From positions 1 through 64,000 of IMG/VR virus record IMGVR_UViG_3300038393_000864: a stretch of 64,000 nucleotides of DNA, one strand, 5' to 3'. Within the stretch, counting starts at the first letter, position 1; every line of letters starts with the position of its first letter. A program made the position numbers and the translations under genes. This DNA is from a virus. This document shows, piece after piece, positions 52,338-60,132 of this stretch. The notes under the pieces were generated by a model that ran no database searches, was not told the DNA's origin, and saw only the letters and a list, made by a program, of their open reading frames with translations.

Positions 52338-54056
52338 TTAGAAACTGTGCCCCGTATTACTGATTGCAGCATAGTCTGCAAGACGCTCGACGCTGCTCTC
52401 CAAGAACCCCTCTGGCGGCTCAAGATAGTTGCCTGTCTCTTGGTCATAGTACACCTTGAAATACCCGCTACGGCCATACTTGCGATCTTCAAGCAGAACT
52501 ATTGTAGAAGTGTTACGCTCCTTGGGGCTGATGTCAGGATCTTTGTTACGCTCGATACCCCACATGTAGTACGTGCTTCGCATCATAGCACGCGAGCCTG
52601 TGAATTGGTGGCTCAACACCTTGCCTCCACGTTCGTGTGCTGGGCCGCTCTCAGGAGCCTTCAAGTGGCAGAAGCAGTAGTAGATGAATCCAAGGTCTTT
52701 CGCCATCTTACTAAGTTCATCTGCGAAACGCTCAAGTTCTGTGTTTGCTTCCGCTGCTGTCAAACCTTGCACCATCCTAGAAATCGGATCAAGAACGATA
52801 TCAGTCACACCTTCCACAAGAACAGCATGGCGGATAGCACCCTTAACAACGCTCCACGAACATGCACCATAGTTGTTGTAGTAGATGACAGAATCGCCAA
52901 CCTCGTTAACAGCTTTGGTAAGAGTCTCTTGGTCAAAATAACCACGGGACGTATCGTAGATGTCGTTGCCGTAAATGTCTCGCAGAACTCCGTCATCACC
53001 AACAAAGATAACCTTCTCAGGATTCGTAAAATCCTTACCGTACATCTTACCGGCAATCTTCTTACAAGTGATTTCTGGCTCCTCTTCAAACTTAAAGAGG
53101 GCAATCTTGCTTTTCTCTACCTTGATGACGTATTCGGAAAGCTGATTGACGAACTCGCTCTTACCAATCTTAACACCAGCCCCAATGTAGTGCCCTTCAC
53201 CGAGACGACGGCCAAGACTAAGCTTGGTCATTGAGGGCCACGGCCACGGCTTACCAAGCTGAGGCAGTTCTGAGGCTTTAGATGCGAAGCTTTCAAACTT
53301 GACGAAGCCATCCGGAGTATAATTTTTAGGCTTCATGACACACCAATACAACTGGTCAGCCATACCATCTCGGATCATGTCAACAGGGTCGTAGTCATCC
53401 GGCAAGTCTGCAACAAGAATATCCGGCATAAGGCTGTACACTGCTGCTGTAGCATCCTTTCCCTTCATAATCTTTTGCTTCTCTCGTTCCTCTTGTGTGG
53501 CTTTGTCTGCGTCAAACGCGGTAATACGTTCGGAGAACTTGGACAACCAAGATTGGTTCTGCTTTTGTCCAAGATTTTGCACGGCATTAGCTGTTCCTGC
53601 GGCGATGCTCACCACATTAGGATTTGCTTGGGGATACTTCTCCTTCATCACAGTCCACGTTGCAGCAGCGTCGTACTCACCCTCAGTGATGACAACCTTC
53701 TTTCCACCCGTTTTGTTAGCGCAGTGCATGCCGAACAAGTCGCACTTAGGGGATTGGAATCCAACTACCGAGAAGTGCCCCGTTGCCATCTTGGGTACAG
53801 TCAGATCACGCTTCTTGTACCCAACTAGTTCCCCATCGTAATGATAAGGAAAGTAGTGCGCTATAGGGGTCTTGCCATCTTTTGGGCTAAGTGCTGTTTT
53901 GATACCAAAATGCTCTGCTGCTGTTTTGGAAATAAACCTCTCAGGAATTGCGAGAACAGGATAATTCGCCACGTCCTCCATCGTCTCTTGAGGCTCGTAT
54001 CGACTGCCTGTACTCTTAGTTGCTGCCATATTCTTCTCTCCTTTCCAATAACCCAT
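52338..54056 (-). CDS. bifunctional primase-helicase (Toprim plus DnaB/RecA-like domain, T7 gp4-like)
   Basis: Toprim VVITEGEYDAAA, Walker A GAGVKIGKSEF and Walker B-like DIVLDPIS. GAGGAGG SD before ATG 54056. No zinc-finger Cys cluster is seen at the N-terminus. Confidence 0.85.
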   Translation of the reverse strand: MGYWKGEKNMAATKSTGSRYEPQETMEDVANYPVLAIPERFISKTAAEHFGIKTALSPKDGKTPIAHYFPYHYDGELVGYKKRDLTVPKMATGHFSVVGFQSPKCDLFGMHCANKTGGKKVVITEGEYDAAATWTVMKEKYPQANPNVVSIAAGTANAVQNLGQKQNQSWLSKFSERITAFDADKATQEEREKQKIMKGKDATAAVYSLMPDILVADLPDDYDPVDMIRDGMADQLYWCVMKPKNYTPDGFVKFESFASKASELPQLGKPWPWPSMTKLSLGRRLGEGHYIGAGVKIGKSEFVNQLSEYVIKVEKSKIALFKFEEEPEITCKKIAGKMYGKDFTNPEKVIFVGDDGVLRDIYGNDIYDTSRGYFDQETLTKAVNEVGDSVIYYNNYGACSWSVVKGAIRHAVLVEGVTDIVLDPISRMVQGLTAAEANTELERFADELSKMAKDLGFIYYCFCHLKAPESGPAHERGGKVLSHQFTGSRAMMRSTYYMWGIERNKDPDISPKERNTSTIVLLEDRKYGRSGYFKVYYDQETGNYLEPPEGFLESSVERLADYAAISNTGHSF

Positions 54057-54238
54057 CAATCCTCCTCAAACTTCACCTCATGCCCGCTCATTGCCAACAA
54101 GTTATAAATTTCTTGTGCAATTTCTTGAGGGGTCATGACTGTCATAATGTCAGCACCCAGCCCAAAGACACCTTTCCAATTTGTTACCCATACATGCACG
54201 CCTTCAGCATGCACTTCAATTTCAAATTTATCTTGCAT
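54056..54238 (-). CDS. hypothetical protein (60 aa), paralog of 54419-54592
   Basis: GGAGGG SD before ATG 54238. C-terminal IAQEIYNLL..KFEED resembles VAQEMYDLL..EIEED. Confidence 0.5.
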   Translation of the reverse strand: MQDKFEIEVHAEGVHVWVTNWKGVFGLGADIMTVMTPQEIAQEIYNLLAMSGHEVKFEED

Positions 54239-54248
54239 CAGCCCTCCA

Positions 54249-54419
54249 CTATCCATACCAAGCTACAGCACCACAAGTTTTACAAACATCGCTGTACGTA
54301 CTATCAGCCACCCATTCACAACGACTTACTAAAGGATTTCCGTCCTCATCTTCAGTGTGCCCTTGCTGTACCCAATATGAGTCTTGACACAACTCCTCTT
54401 TATTAGTTTGATAACCCAT
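54249..54419 (-). CDS. hypothetical protein (56 aa, below track cutoff)
   Basis: GAGGAGG SD. Hand-translated as MGYQTNKEELCQDSYWVQQGHTEDEDGNPLVSRCEWVADSTYSDVCKTCGAVAWYG. Confidence 0.5.
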   Translation of the reverse strand: MGYQTNKEELCQDSYWVQQGHTEDEDGNPLVSRCEWVADSTYSDVCKTCGAVAWYG

Positions 54420-54592
54420 CAATCCTCCTCAATCTCAACATCCACACCAGTACTTAGAAGCAAATCATACATCTCTTGTGCAACACCTCCCTCATCACCG
54501 CCTGCATCGAAATAGAATGCCCAAACAGCGTCATCTTTAATCAAGCAAACAGTGATAACACCGTCTTCGATATGAATCTTATATTTGTTCAT
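54419..54592 (-). CDS. hypothetical protein (57 aa, below track cutoff)
   Basis: AGGAGG SD. Hand-translated as MNKYKIHIEDGVITVCLIKDDAVWAFYFDAGGDEGGVAQEMYDLLLSTGVDVEIEED. Confidence 0.5.
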   Translation of the reverse strand: MNKYKIHIEDGVITVCLIKDDAVWAFYFDAGGDEGGVAQEMYDLLLSTGVDVEIEED

Positions 54593-54607
54593 AAAGCCTC
54601 CTAAATG

Positions 54608-54763
54608 TTAATTAATTTGTTTCTGAAATTCCTCAGCAAAACCTCTAATCTCCGAGTAGAGCGCAGTAGGATCGAACACATCTGAGCCATCCTCAGCTTC
54701 GTAGAAATAGTGATCGCTGTGAAGCTTGAGTAGCAAAATCAAATCTTCAAAGACTTCTTTCAT
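54608..54763 (-). CDS. hypothetical protein (51 aa, below track cutoff)
   Basis: GGAGGAAGA SD. Hand-translated as MKEVFEDLILLLKLHSDHYFYEAEDGSDVFDPTALYSEIRGFAEEFQKQIN. Confidence 0.5.
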   Translation of the reverse strand: MKEVFEDLILLLKLHSDHYFYEAEDGSDVFDPTALYSEIRGFAEEFQKQIN

Positions 54764-54924
54764 TCTTCCTCCACAATTTCACTAGAATGCAAAATCTGCC
54801 AAGTACCCTCGTCATCGACATACCAGCAGTACTCGTCAGAGCCGTAAGAATAGGCCACTTTAACAATTGTACCAATCTTGTACAAGTGGTCATCGTGCTC
54901 TACCACTACTTTGTAGGATTTCAC
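54760..54924 (-). CDS. hypothetical protein (54 aa, GTG start, below track cutoff)
   Basis: GTGA overlap with the upstream stop. Weak SD. KSYKVVVEHDDHLYKIGTIVKVAYSYGSDEYCWYVDDEGTWQILHSSEIVEEE. Confidence 0.35.
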   Translation of the reverse strand: MKSYKVVVEHDDHLYKIGTIVKVAYSYGSDEYCWYVDDEGTWQILHSSEIVEEE

Positions 54925-55145
54925 TTTTTACCTACAGGGCACTGGAATTCGTCAGCAACCACCACAATAGGAACAACGATAGTTTCGCTGAACACGACAG
55001 CAAGGAACGTATTCCAACCCGACAGTTTGTATTCCAGATCAGGCTTCTTGTCTTGCAGAACGCCGATACATTCGCCGTGTTCAGTGCGAGTTGTGCAACC
55101 TGCTGCTAGAACCGCCACAAGAGCGCACAAAATAATTTTGTTCAT
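54921..55145 (-). CDS. lipoprotein (putative)
   Basis: MNKIILCALVAVLAAGC signal peptide with a lipobox. GAGGAG SD. Confidence 0.7.
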   Translation of the reverse strand: MNKIILCALVAVLAAGCTTRTEHGECIGVLQDKKPDLEYKLSGWNTFLAVVFSETIVVPIVVVADEFQCPVGKK

Positions 55146-55155
55146 AAGTTTCTCC

Positions 55156-55395
55156 TCAGTTACCGGCAACAAACAAAGGCTGTTTCTTACTAATTCGCGT
55201 ATCCAACTGATTCATCGTCTCGTAGTACCAGATGGCACCTTTGGAGTCGCGAGCCACGAAACGGAACGGATGAATTTCCACAACGTCTTGTGTGCCAACT
55301 TCTTTGACAACACTGTTGCGGCATTCGTTGTGGTCGTAGCTAGAGCAGCCCGTCATGGCAAGTGCTACAGCAGCAAAAGCAATAATCTTTTTCAT
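55156..55395 (-). CDS. lipoprotein (putative)
   Basis: MKKIIAFAAVALAMTGC signal peptide with a lipobox. Confidence 0.7.
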   Translation of the reverse strand: MKKIIAFAAVALAMTGCSSYDHNECRNSVVKEVGTQDVVEIHPFRFVARDSKGAIWYYETMNQLDTRISKKQPLFVAGN

Positions 55396-55398
55396 GGT

Positions 55399-55695
55399 TT
55401 ATCCTTGTTTGCAATCCTTCTTAATCTTTTCATCGCACTTCTTCTGAGTCGACGGAGTAACGTGCGGAACAACGACCACAGGAGTAGGCTTTGCCACGAC
55501 AGGTTGTGCAATAACAGGGCGAGGGGTAGGAACCGCAGGACGCTGCGCTACAACGGGGTGTGCTGCCGTGACAGTAGTGTGAGCCGATACAGTGGCCGCA
55601 TGTGCTGCAATTGCTGCTGGATGGGCCGACACGACCACGACAGCATTAACCTGAGTTGCGTAAATAAATGTAATAAAACCGATAAGCTTTTTCAT
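55399..55695 (-). CDS. secreted low-complexity His/Ala/Pro/Val-rich protein
   Basis: Signal peptide MKKLIGFITFIYATQVNA, followed by AH/PV-rich repeats and a Lys/Cys-rich tail. Confidence 0.6.
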   Translation of the reverse strand: MKKLIGFITFIYATQVNAVVVVSAHPAAIAAHAATVSAHTTVTAAHPVVAQRPAVPTPRPVIAQPVVAKPTPVVVVPHVTPSTQKKCDEKIKKDCKQG

Positions 55696-55709
55696 AGTAT
55701 CCCCTCAAA

Positions 55710-56051
55710 TTAAAGTTTCTTGTACTCTTTGCGAATGACTTTGGCAATTTCTGCAAACGACTTATCTTCCCTGTCGTTCATGGCAATGAGTGAACTGTCG
55801 TACGTGATATACCCGTCATTACTGGTCATACCTGCCCACACTTGCACCTCCAGAGGCAATACAGCTTTCTCTCCAAGATAAACCGACTTGTACTTCTGTA
55901 CAGCAGCGATCTCAGAATGCTCTTGTGCGTGCAGGTTGCAAAGCACGGCCAAACAACAAAACTTGTCGCCATCGCGAAGACGACCCTTACCCTGCTTGTA
56001 CTCACCGCTTTCCAGAGCCTTAGCCCACTTACGTGCAATACTACGTTTCAT
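55710..56051 (-). CDS. hypothetical protein (113 aa)
   Basis: AAGGAGGGAG SD. Confidence 0.6.
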   Translation of the reverse strand: MKRSIARKWAKALESGEYKQGKGRLRDGDKFCCLAVLCNLHAQEHSEIAAVQKYKSVYLGEKAVLPLEVQVWAGMTSNDGYITYDSSLIAMNDREDKSFAEIAKVIRKEYKKL

Positions 56052-56071
56052 ACTCCCTCCTTAGATTGAAT

Positions 56072-56092
56072 GAAAGGGCCTTTCGGCCCCTC
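56072..56092 (-). terminator. rho-independent terminator (leftward)
   Basis: Minus strand: GGGCC-GAAA-GGCCC followed by TTTCATT. Confidence 0.6.
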
Positions 56093-56101
56093 CCTTACAA
56101 A

Positions 56102-56440
56102 TTACACCTGCTTAATATGCTTCTTCCGACGAGCCAGCTTCGTGACACCCATCAGGCCAAACAGACCGAAGCCCAGGCCAGCCATTGCCAGCGAATCCGA
56201 GTCGTCCTCTTCCTTATTAGCATATTGCGGAGCCGAGACAGGGACGCCACAGCAATCGCTCAGCGACGGGGCAGGACGACGGCCATCTTTTGCATCAGAT
56301 GCCAGTGCGGGGGCCGAAACGTCGTCTGCTACAGCGGAAGCAGAAACAGGAGCTTCATAAGAAGCGGAAACAGGGATGCCTTGCGCGAATGCCGAAGCAG
56401 CGGCGAACGACATGAACAGAGCGGTGATGGTATTTTTCAT
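56102..56440 (-). CDS. secreted protein with C-terminal PEP-CTERM-like hydrophobic/basic tail
   Basis: Signal peptide MKNTITALFMSFAAASAFA. C-terminus DSDSLAMAGLGFGLFGLMGVTKLARRKKH. Has its own promoter and terminator. Confidence 0.65.
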   Translation of the reverse strand: MKNTITALFMSFAAASAFAQGIPVSASYEAPVSASAVADDVSAPALASDAKDGRRPAPSLSDCCGVPVSAPQYANKEEDDSDSLAMAGLGFGLFGLMGVTKLARRKKHIKQV

Positions 56441-56495
56441 AGTATTACCTTTCTTAGTTGTTGTAGAAATGTGTGCTTTGTAGAGCACAGGAAGC

Positions 56496-56525
56496 AGTAT
56501 GGCAGAGTGTTTGGGGTGTTGTCAA
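56496..56525 (-). promoter_or_regulatory. sigma70-type promoter (TTGACA-18-CATACT)
   Basis: Minus strand: TTGACA at 56525-56520 and CATACT at 56501-56496. Followed by a TGTGCT..AGCACA hairpin. Confidence 0.55.
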
Positions 56526-56528
56526 CAA

Positions 56529-57500
56529 CTATTTTACTACGTAATTTTCACCATCAATCGTCTTACGGAACTGAATCCATCCGCAGAAGTTACCACTCCA
56601 CAGGTTGCCGTTACGATCCTCGTGCGAGATGCCTTCCTCCCACGTGCCGGGAGTGCCACTAACGTTGATGCCGTTGTAAAAATGTGTATTCATCATCGGC
56701 TTAGCAACGTGCTCAAACGCGGAAGCATGCTTCTTATCGCTGCCAAGCAGACGTTCATATACTTCAAGACTCTTCTCCAGACCATATCCTTCGTTACGGT
56801 AAGATACGGCTGCACAGCGGGCGCAGCTTACTTTGATAGCTTGTTCCGTCGTAAGAGTCTTAGGTTCGCCATCGATATCAATACTGTAACCTCGCAGACT
56901 AACGGCGTGATCATTCCAAATATCAATATATGGCAAGTGATACTCGCCAGCCTTCAGTAGTTCTGGCACACTTTGCTCATAAGATGATTTCATCACTCGT
57001 GCAAGCTCTGCAATAGTAGGATCAGCAGCCTTATCATCACGCAGCCAGAAGAAATTTGCAGTTTCCGTTGCAGAGATGATTGTTTTCATCATCTGAAAGG
57101 GTTCGGTCAAACGTCCTGTAATTTGTTTGTGGTAGCCCGCTTCTGCAAATCTTTGCGCGAATACAACCGCAACATCCTTGGCAGTCTCCCAAGCAGATTC
57201 GGGGCTTCGCTCATTCTCCCCAAATACCACTGGAGCGCTAAAATCCTCGCCCTCGTCCTGCATCCCAGCCTGATTCTTACCAAACCGCACAGGACGGCCT
57301 TTAAGCTGCTCAACCATCTTAGCAAACGGAATAGCACGGCTGCTTGCAGCATTGCGAGAGAACATACGATGCGTCATCAGTTCACTGTGAATCAGGCGCG
57401 GATATTCCACTTCCCAAGTTGTCAGTCGATTACCTTGCTCGTTGATACTGTCAGCAAGAATACGTGCAACAATGTTGGCTTTGCCTTTTACTTCAATCAT
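56529..57500 (-). CDS. thyX: flavin-dependent thymidylate synthase
   Basis: ThyX signature ELMTHRMFSRNAASSRA (RHR..S....S.R). Confidence 0.88.
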   Translation of the reverse strand: MIEVKGKANIVARILADSINEQGNRLTTWEVEYPRLIHSELMTHRMFSRNAASSRAIPFAKMVEQLKGRPVRFGKNQAGMQDEGEDFSAPVVFGENERSPESAWETAKDVAVVFAQRFAEAGYHKQITGRLTEPFQMMKTIISATETANFFWLRDDKAADPTIAELARVMKSSYEQSVPELLKAGEYHLPYIDIWNDHAVSLRGYSIDIDGEPKTLTTEQAIKVSCARCAAVSYRNEGYGLEKSLEVYERLLGSDKKHASAFEHVAKPMMNTHFYNGINVSGTPGTWEEGISHEDRNGNLWSGNFCGWIQFRKTIDGENYVVK

Positions 57501-57640
57501 TCTTCATCCTTAAACAATTTCATATCGCCATCGTCCTTGTACGCACTTTTAGGATGCCCGTCTGGAACATCCTCCAGCCAATGCGAAAACATGCTGGTAT
57601 CCTCGTCAGGGCCGTCTTCCCAATCGCTGAAAAGGTTCAT
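57497..57640 (-). CDS. hypothetical acidic peptide (47 aa, below track cutoff)
   Basis: GGAGGTGGCAGG SD. Hand-translated as MNLFSDWEDGPDEDTSMFSHWLEDVPDGHPKSAYKDDGDMKLFKDEE. Confidence 0.5.
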   Translation of the reverse strand: MNLFSDWEDGPDEDTSMFSHWLEDVPDGHPKSAYKDDGDMKLFKDEE

Positions 57641-57951
57641 CCTGCCACCTCCGTCTCCACACCCTCACACGTATCATTCCACACAACATCGATCTTATCG
57701 CCTCGATCTTGCTTGAACTTTACAGTGTGAACACTAGCAATCTTACCAATCCCTTCGATGAAATATTCTTCACCTTGAGCAAGCATACGTGCCGCATACG
57801 CAAACAAGTCGTTATGCTTTTGCTCCAAAGTGAAACCCCCAAGTTCCCACATGTATTTCTCAAACCCGTCGATAAACTCTTGCGTAAGAACGCTATCAGC
57901 AATATCGATTTCGTAATGTTTTTCAGTGTGTACAATTACGGACTTTTTCAC
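57637..57951 (-). CDS. hypothetical protein (104 aa)
   Basis: Coupled ORF. Confidence 0.55.
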   Translation of the reverse strand: MKKSVIVHTEKHYEIDIADSVLTQEFIDGFEKYMWELGGFTLEQKHNDLFAYAARMLAQGEEYFIEGIGKIASVHTVKFKQDRGDKIDVVWNDTCEGVETEVAG

Positions 57952-58151
57952 TTCAACACTCCCTTAGCACTAGAAATATCCTCAAAACTCTCAAGATGCT
58001 TGCTAATAATATCGACCGTTTGTTGTGCAGTTTCTTCGTCTACAGCTTTGATGCCAATTTTAAACTCAGCCGTGAAGTCATGCAGCTTCGGCTTGTTAGC
58101 TTTCTTATCAGCCATACGTGCTTCAAAGTTTTTCATCATGTCGTTGTTCAT
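57948..58151 (-). CDS. hypothetical protein (67 aa)
   Basis: GGGAGGAAGG SD before ATG 58151. Confidence 0.5.
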   Translation of the reverse strand: MNNDMMKNFEARMADKKANKPKLHDFTAEFKIGIKAVDEETAQQTVDIISKHLESFEDISSAKGVLK

Positions 58152-58366
58152 CCTTCCTCCCAATCAACATACCGCTCATTATAAGCAGCATCAAACTCTT
58201 CCGACATACCAAGACACTCGTGCAGAGTGTCACAATCGAAATCTTCAAATGCTTCAATCATTTCAAAGAAAGCTTCTTCTAAACCATTAGCATAAAATCC
58301 GTCATGCAGAGCCTCCATAATGACAATCATGCGCTCTGCGAATTCGCTACCTCGTGACCAAGACAT
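58148..58366 (-). CDS. hypothetical protein (72 aa)
   Basis: Coupled ORF. Confidence 0.5.
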   Translation of the reverse strand: MSWSRGSEFAERMIVIMEALHDGFYANGLEEAFFEMIEAFEDFDCDTLHECLGMSEEFDAAYNERYVDWEEG

Positions 58367-58542
58367 TACTCGCCCTCCTCGTATTCCTCATCAGAGCACT
58401 CGACATCAATAATTCCTGTGTCGTCCACACTTACTTCACCATTGTAGAGTAATGCAGTGTCAATCTGGTCAGCTTTTAGATAAGCATCTTCCCAACTATC
58501 GGCTTCAAAAGTAGCCCATAGAGATACGCTAAATTTTGGCAT
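58366..58542 (-). CDS. hypothetical acidic protein (58 aa, below track cutoff)
   Basis: AAGGAGAAATA SD. Hand-translated as MPKFSVSLWATFEADSWEDAYLKADQIDTALLYNGEVSVDDTGIIDVECSDEEYEEGE. Confidence 0.5.
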   Translation of the reverse strand: MPKFSVSLWATFEADSWEDAYLKADQIDTALLYNGEVSVDDTGIIDVECSDEEYEEGE

Positions 58543-58715
58543 TATTTCTCCTTAATCACCACTTCATGAGTTTTCGCACAATCTTGACAAATCACTTTCC
58601 AATCGCCAAGTCGAAGCCCATGTTCAGGGTACTCTACAAAACAATAATCAAGATTACTGTCGTAGAATGTCTTGCTCATGCAAATGTCGCAGAGCTTGTA
58701 ATCGGCTGCTGCCAT
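58542..58715 (-). CDS. zinc-ribbon-like protein (57 aa, below track cutoff)
   Basis: GGGAGG SD. Hand-translated as MAAADYKLCDICMSKTFYDSNLDYCFVEYPEHGLRLGDWKVICQDCAKTHEVVIKEK (CxxC..CxxC). Confidence 0.5.
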   Translation of the reverse strand: MAAADYKLCDICMSKTFYDSNLDYCFVEYPEHGLRLGDWKVICQDCAKTHEVVIKEK

Positions 58716-59035
58716 TACACAGCCTCCCAGCTAACAACAGTTTTAGTCACAACCTTCTCAACACGCTTAACTTGGCTAACACTTGGCTCGCAATAATACC
58801 AGTCCGTATGGTAGCTTCCAGTACGAGTGTTGTGGATACAGAAGTAATTGCCTTCGTTGTCTTGCACAATCTCTTCGTGATATTGATATTTACCGTCCTG
58901 CACCCATTCACCAGCTTGAACAACTTTCAAGCCATGCACATCATCAATGTCAATGTTATCAATGTCGTAGCAGCCTTCGCCGTAGCTGTTAAGACACTCT
59001 TCGTCAAGCATTGCTTTCAGGTCTTCAAGTTTCAT
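58715..59035 (-). CDS. hypothetical protein (106 aa)
   Basis: Coupled ORF. Confidence 0.55.
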   Translation of the reverse strand: MKLEDLKAMLDEECLNSYGEGCYDIDNIDIDDVHGLKVVQAGEWVQDGKYQYHEEIVQDNEGNYFCIHNTRTGSYHTDWYYCEPSVSQVKRVEKVVTKTVVSWEAV

Positions 59036-59259
59036 TTCATCAATCCTTCCAGTCGAAAATAGGCTTCTGTCAAATCTACGATGACATAACGTGTTTGTTC
59101 ATCGAATTTGGGTCGAGGTGGATTGTACCAAGAATGTGTTGCCCCCGTGTGCAGGTTAAAAGCGTTCTTTGCATTGCCAACTTTACTCCAAGCACACTTG
59201 CTGTTATAAGACACAAACTCGTTAGTTTCCGTGTCAAGAATTCCGTAGATTGATGTCAT
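59032..59259 (-). CDS. hypothetical protein (75 aa)
   Basis: ATG 59259 within the track ORF. Confidence 0.5.
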   Translation of the reverse strand: MTSIYGILDTETNEFVSYNSKCAWSKVGNAKNAFNLHTGATHSWYNPPRPKFDEQTRYVIVDLTEAYFRLEGLMK

Positions 59260-59573
59260 CACCACACCTTCACAGCATGCACTACACGCGCAGGACAATC
59301 TTGTACCATCTCATCCCAACGTTCATGAGCATCCACAACGTTATTAATCAACGTGTCAGGGGCATCTCCTCCAACTTCAAAGCCAACAAACCAATCTTGC
59401 CCACTGTAGCAATCGAGGCACGTTGCAGACATACCTTTATGTTCACCACCGTCAAGCATATAATCAATCCTGTCGTCACTCAGTTGAGTGTGGTTGACAA
59501 GAAAATCTTTTGCAGCACTTTCGCTAGTAAAGCGTTTACCAATCCCCAAGAATGCATCGAAATCTACTCCCAT
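59259..59573 (-). CDS. hypothetical protein (104 aa)
   Basis: AGGAGG SD before ATG 59573. Confidence 0.55.
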   Translation of the reverse strand: MGVDFDAFLGIGKRFTSESAAKDFLVNHTQLSDDRIDYMLDGGEHKGMSATCLDCYSGQDWFVGFEVGGDAPDTLINNVVDAHERWDEMVQDCPARVVHAVKVW

Positions 59574-59581
59574 AATACCTC

Positions 59582-60124
59582 CTAAATTCCGTGAGTTTCT
59601 GTATAACTGCACCCTACTGCGTTCATATCGTCTAGCATCTGTTTGCGGCATTCTACCGCTGCTTGAAATGCACCGTCGTAGCCCATCTTTTCAATTGAGA
59701 AGTGCTTTTGAATATTTTCACCATTCACGCAACATCGTGCAGTCCAGTACAGATTATGTCCGCTATCTGTTATTCCCACACCAGTTACGCCACTCGTGTT
59801 GTCCGACCTAATTGTGTGGTTTTGTGAATTTTCTTTCCTAGTTACTACTCTTAGATTTGATCCTATATTGCATAGCCTGTCACGGTTTATGTGGTCCACT
59901 TCTAGTCCGTAAGGTATTTCAGAATTGTTTAGAATTTCCCAGATAATTCTGTGCACATAATATAGCTTATTGCAGATACGGACCTCATAGTAACCACCAG
60001 AACCAATACTTCCAGCAACATCTCCTTTAGAACAAAGCAACCTATTTCGTAGATGCACGTCTTTTGCCCGCCTCAGGCAGGACGGGCTTGTTTCGTCGTA
60101 ATATACGTGCTCTGACCAATCCAT
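59582..60124 (-). CDS. HNH homing endonuclease with AP2 domain
   Basis: YYDETSPSCLRR, VDHINRDRLCNIGSNLRVVTRKENSQN (HNH_3), and TSGVTGVG..LYWTARC..FQAAVECR (AP2). AGGAGGGG SD. Confidence 0.85.
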   Translation of the reverse strand: MDWSEHVYYDETSPSCLRRAKDVHLRNRLLCSKGDVAGSIGSGGYYEVRICNKLYYVHRIIWEILNNSEIPYGLEVDHINRDRLCNIGSNLRVVTRKENSQNHTIRSDNTSGVTGVGITDSGHNLYWTARCCVNGENIQKHFSIEKMGYDGAFQAAVECRKQMLDDMNAVGCSYTETHGI

Positions 60125-60132
60125 AACCCCTC

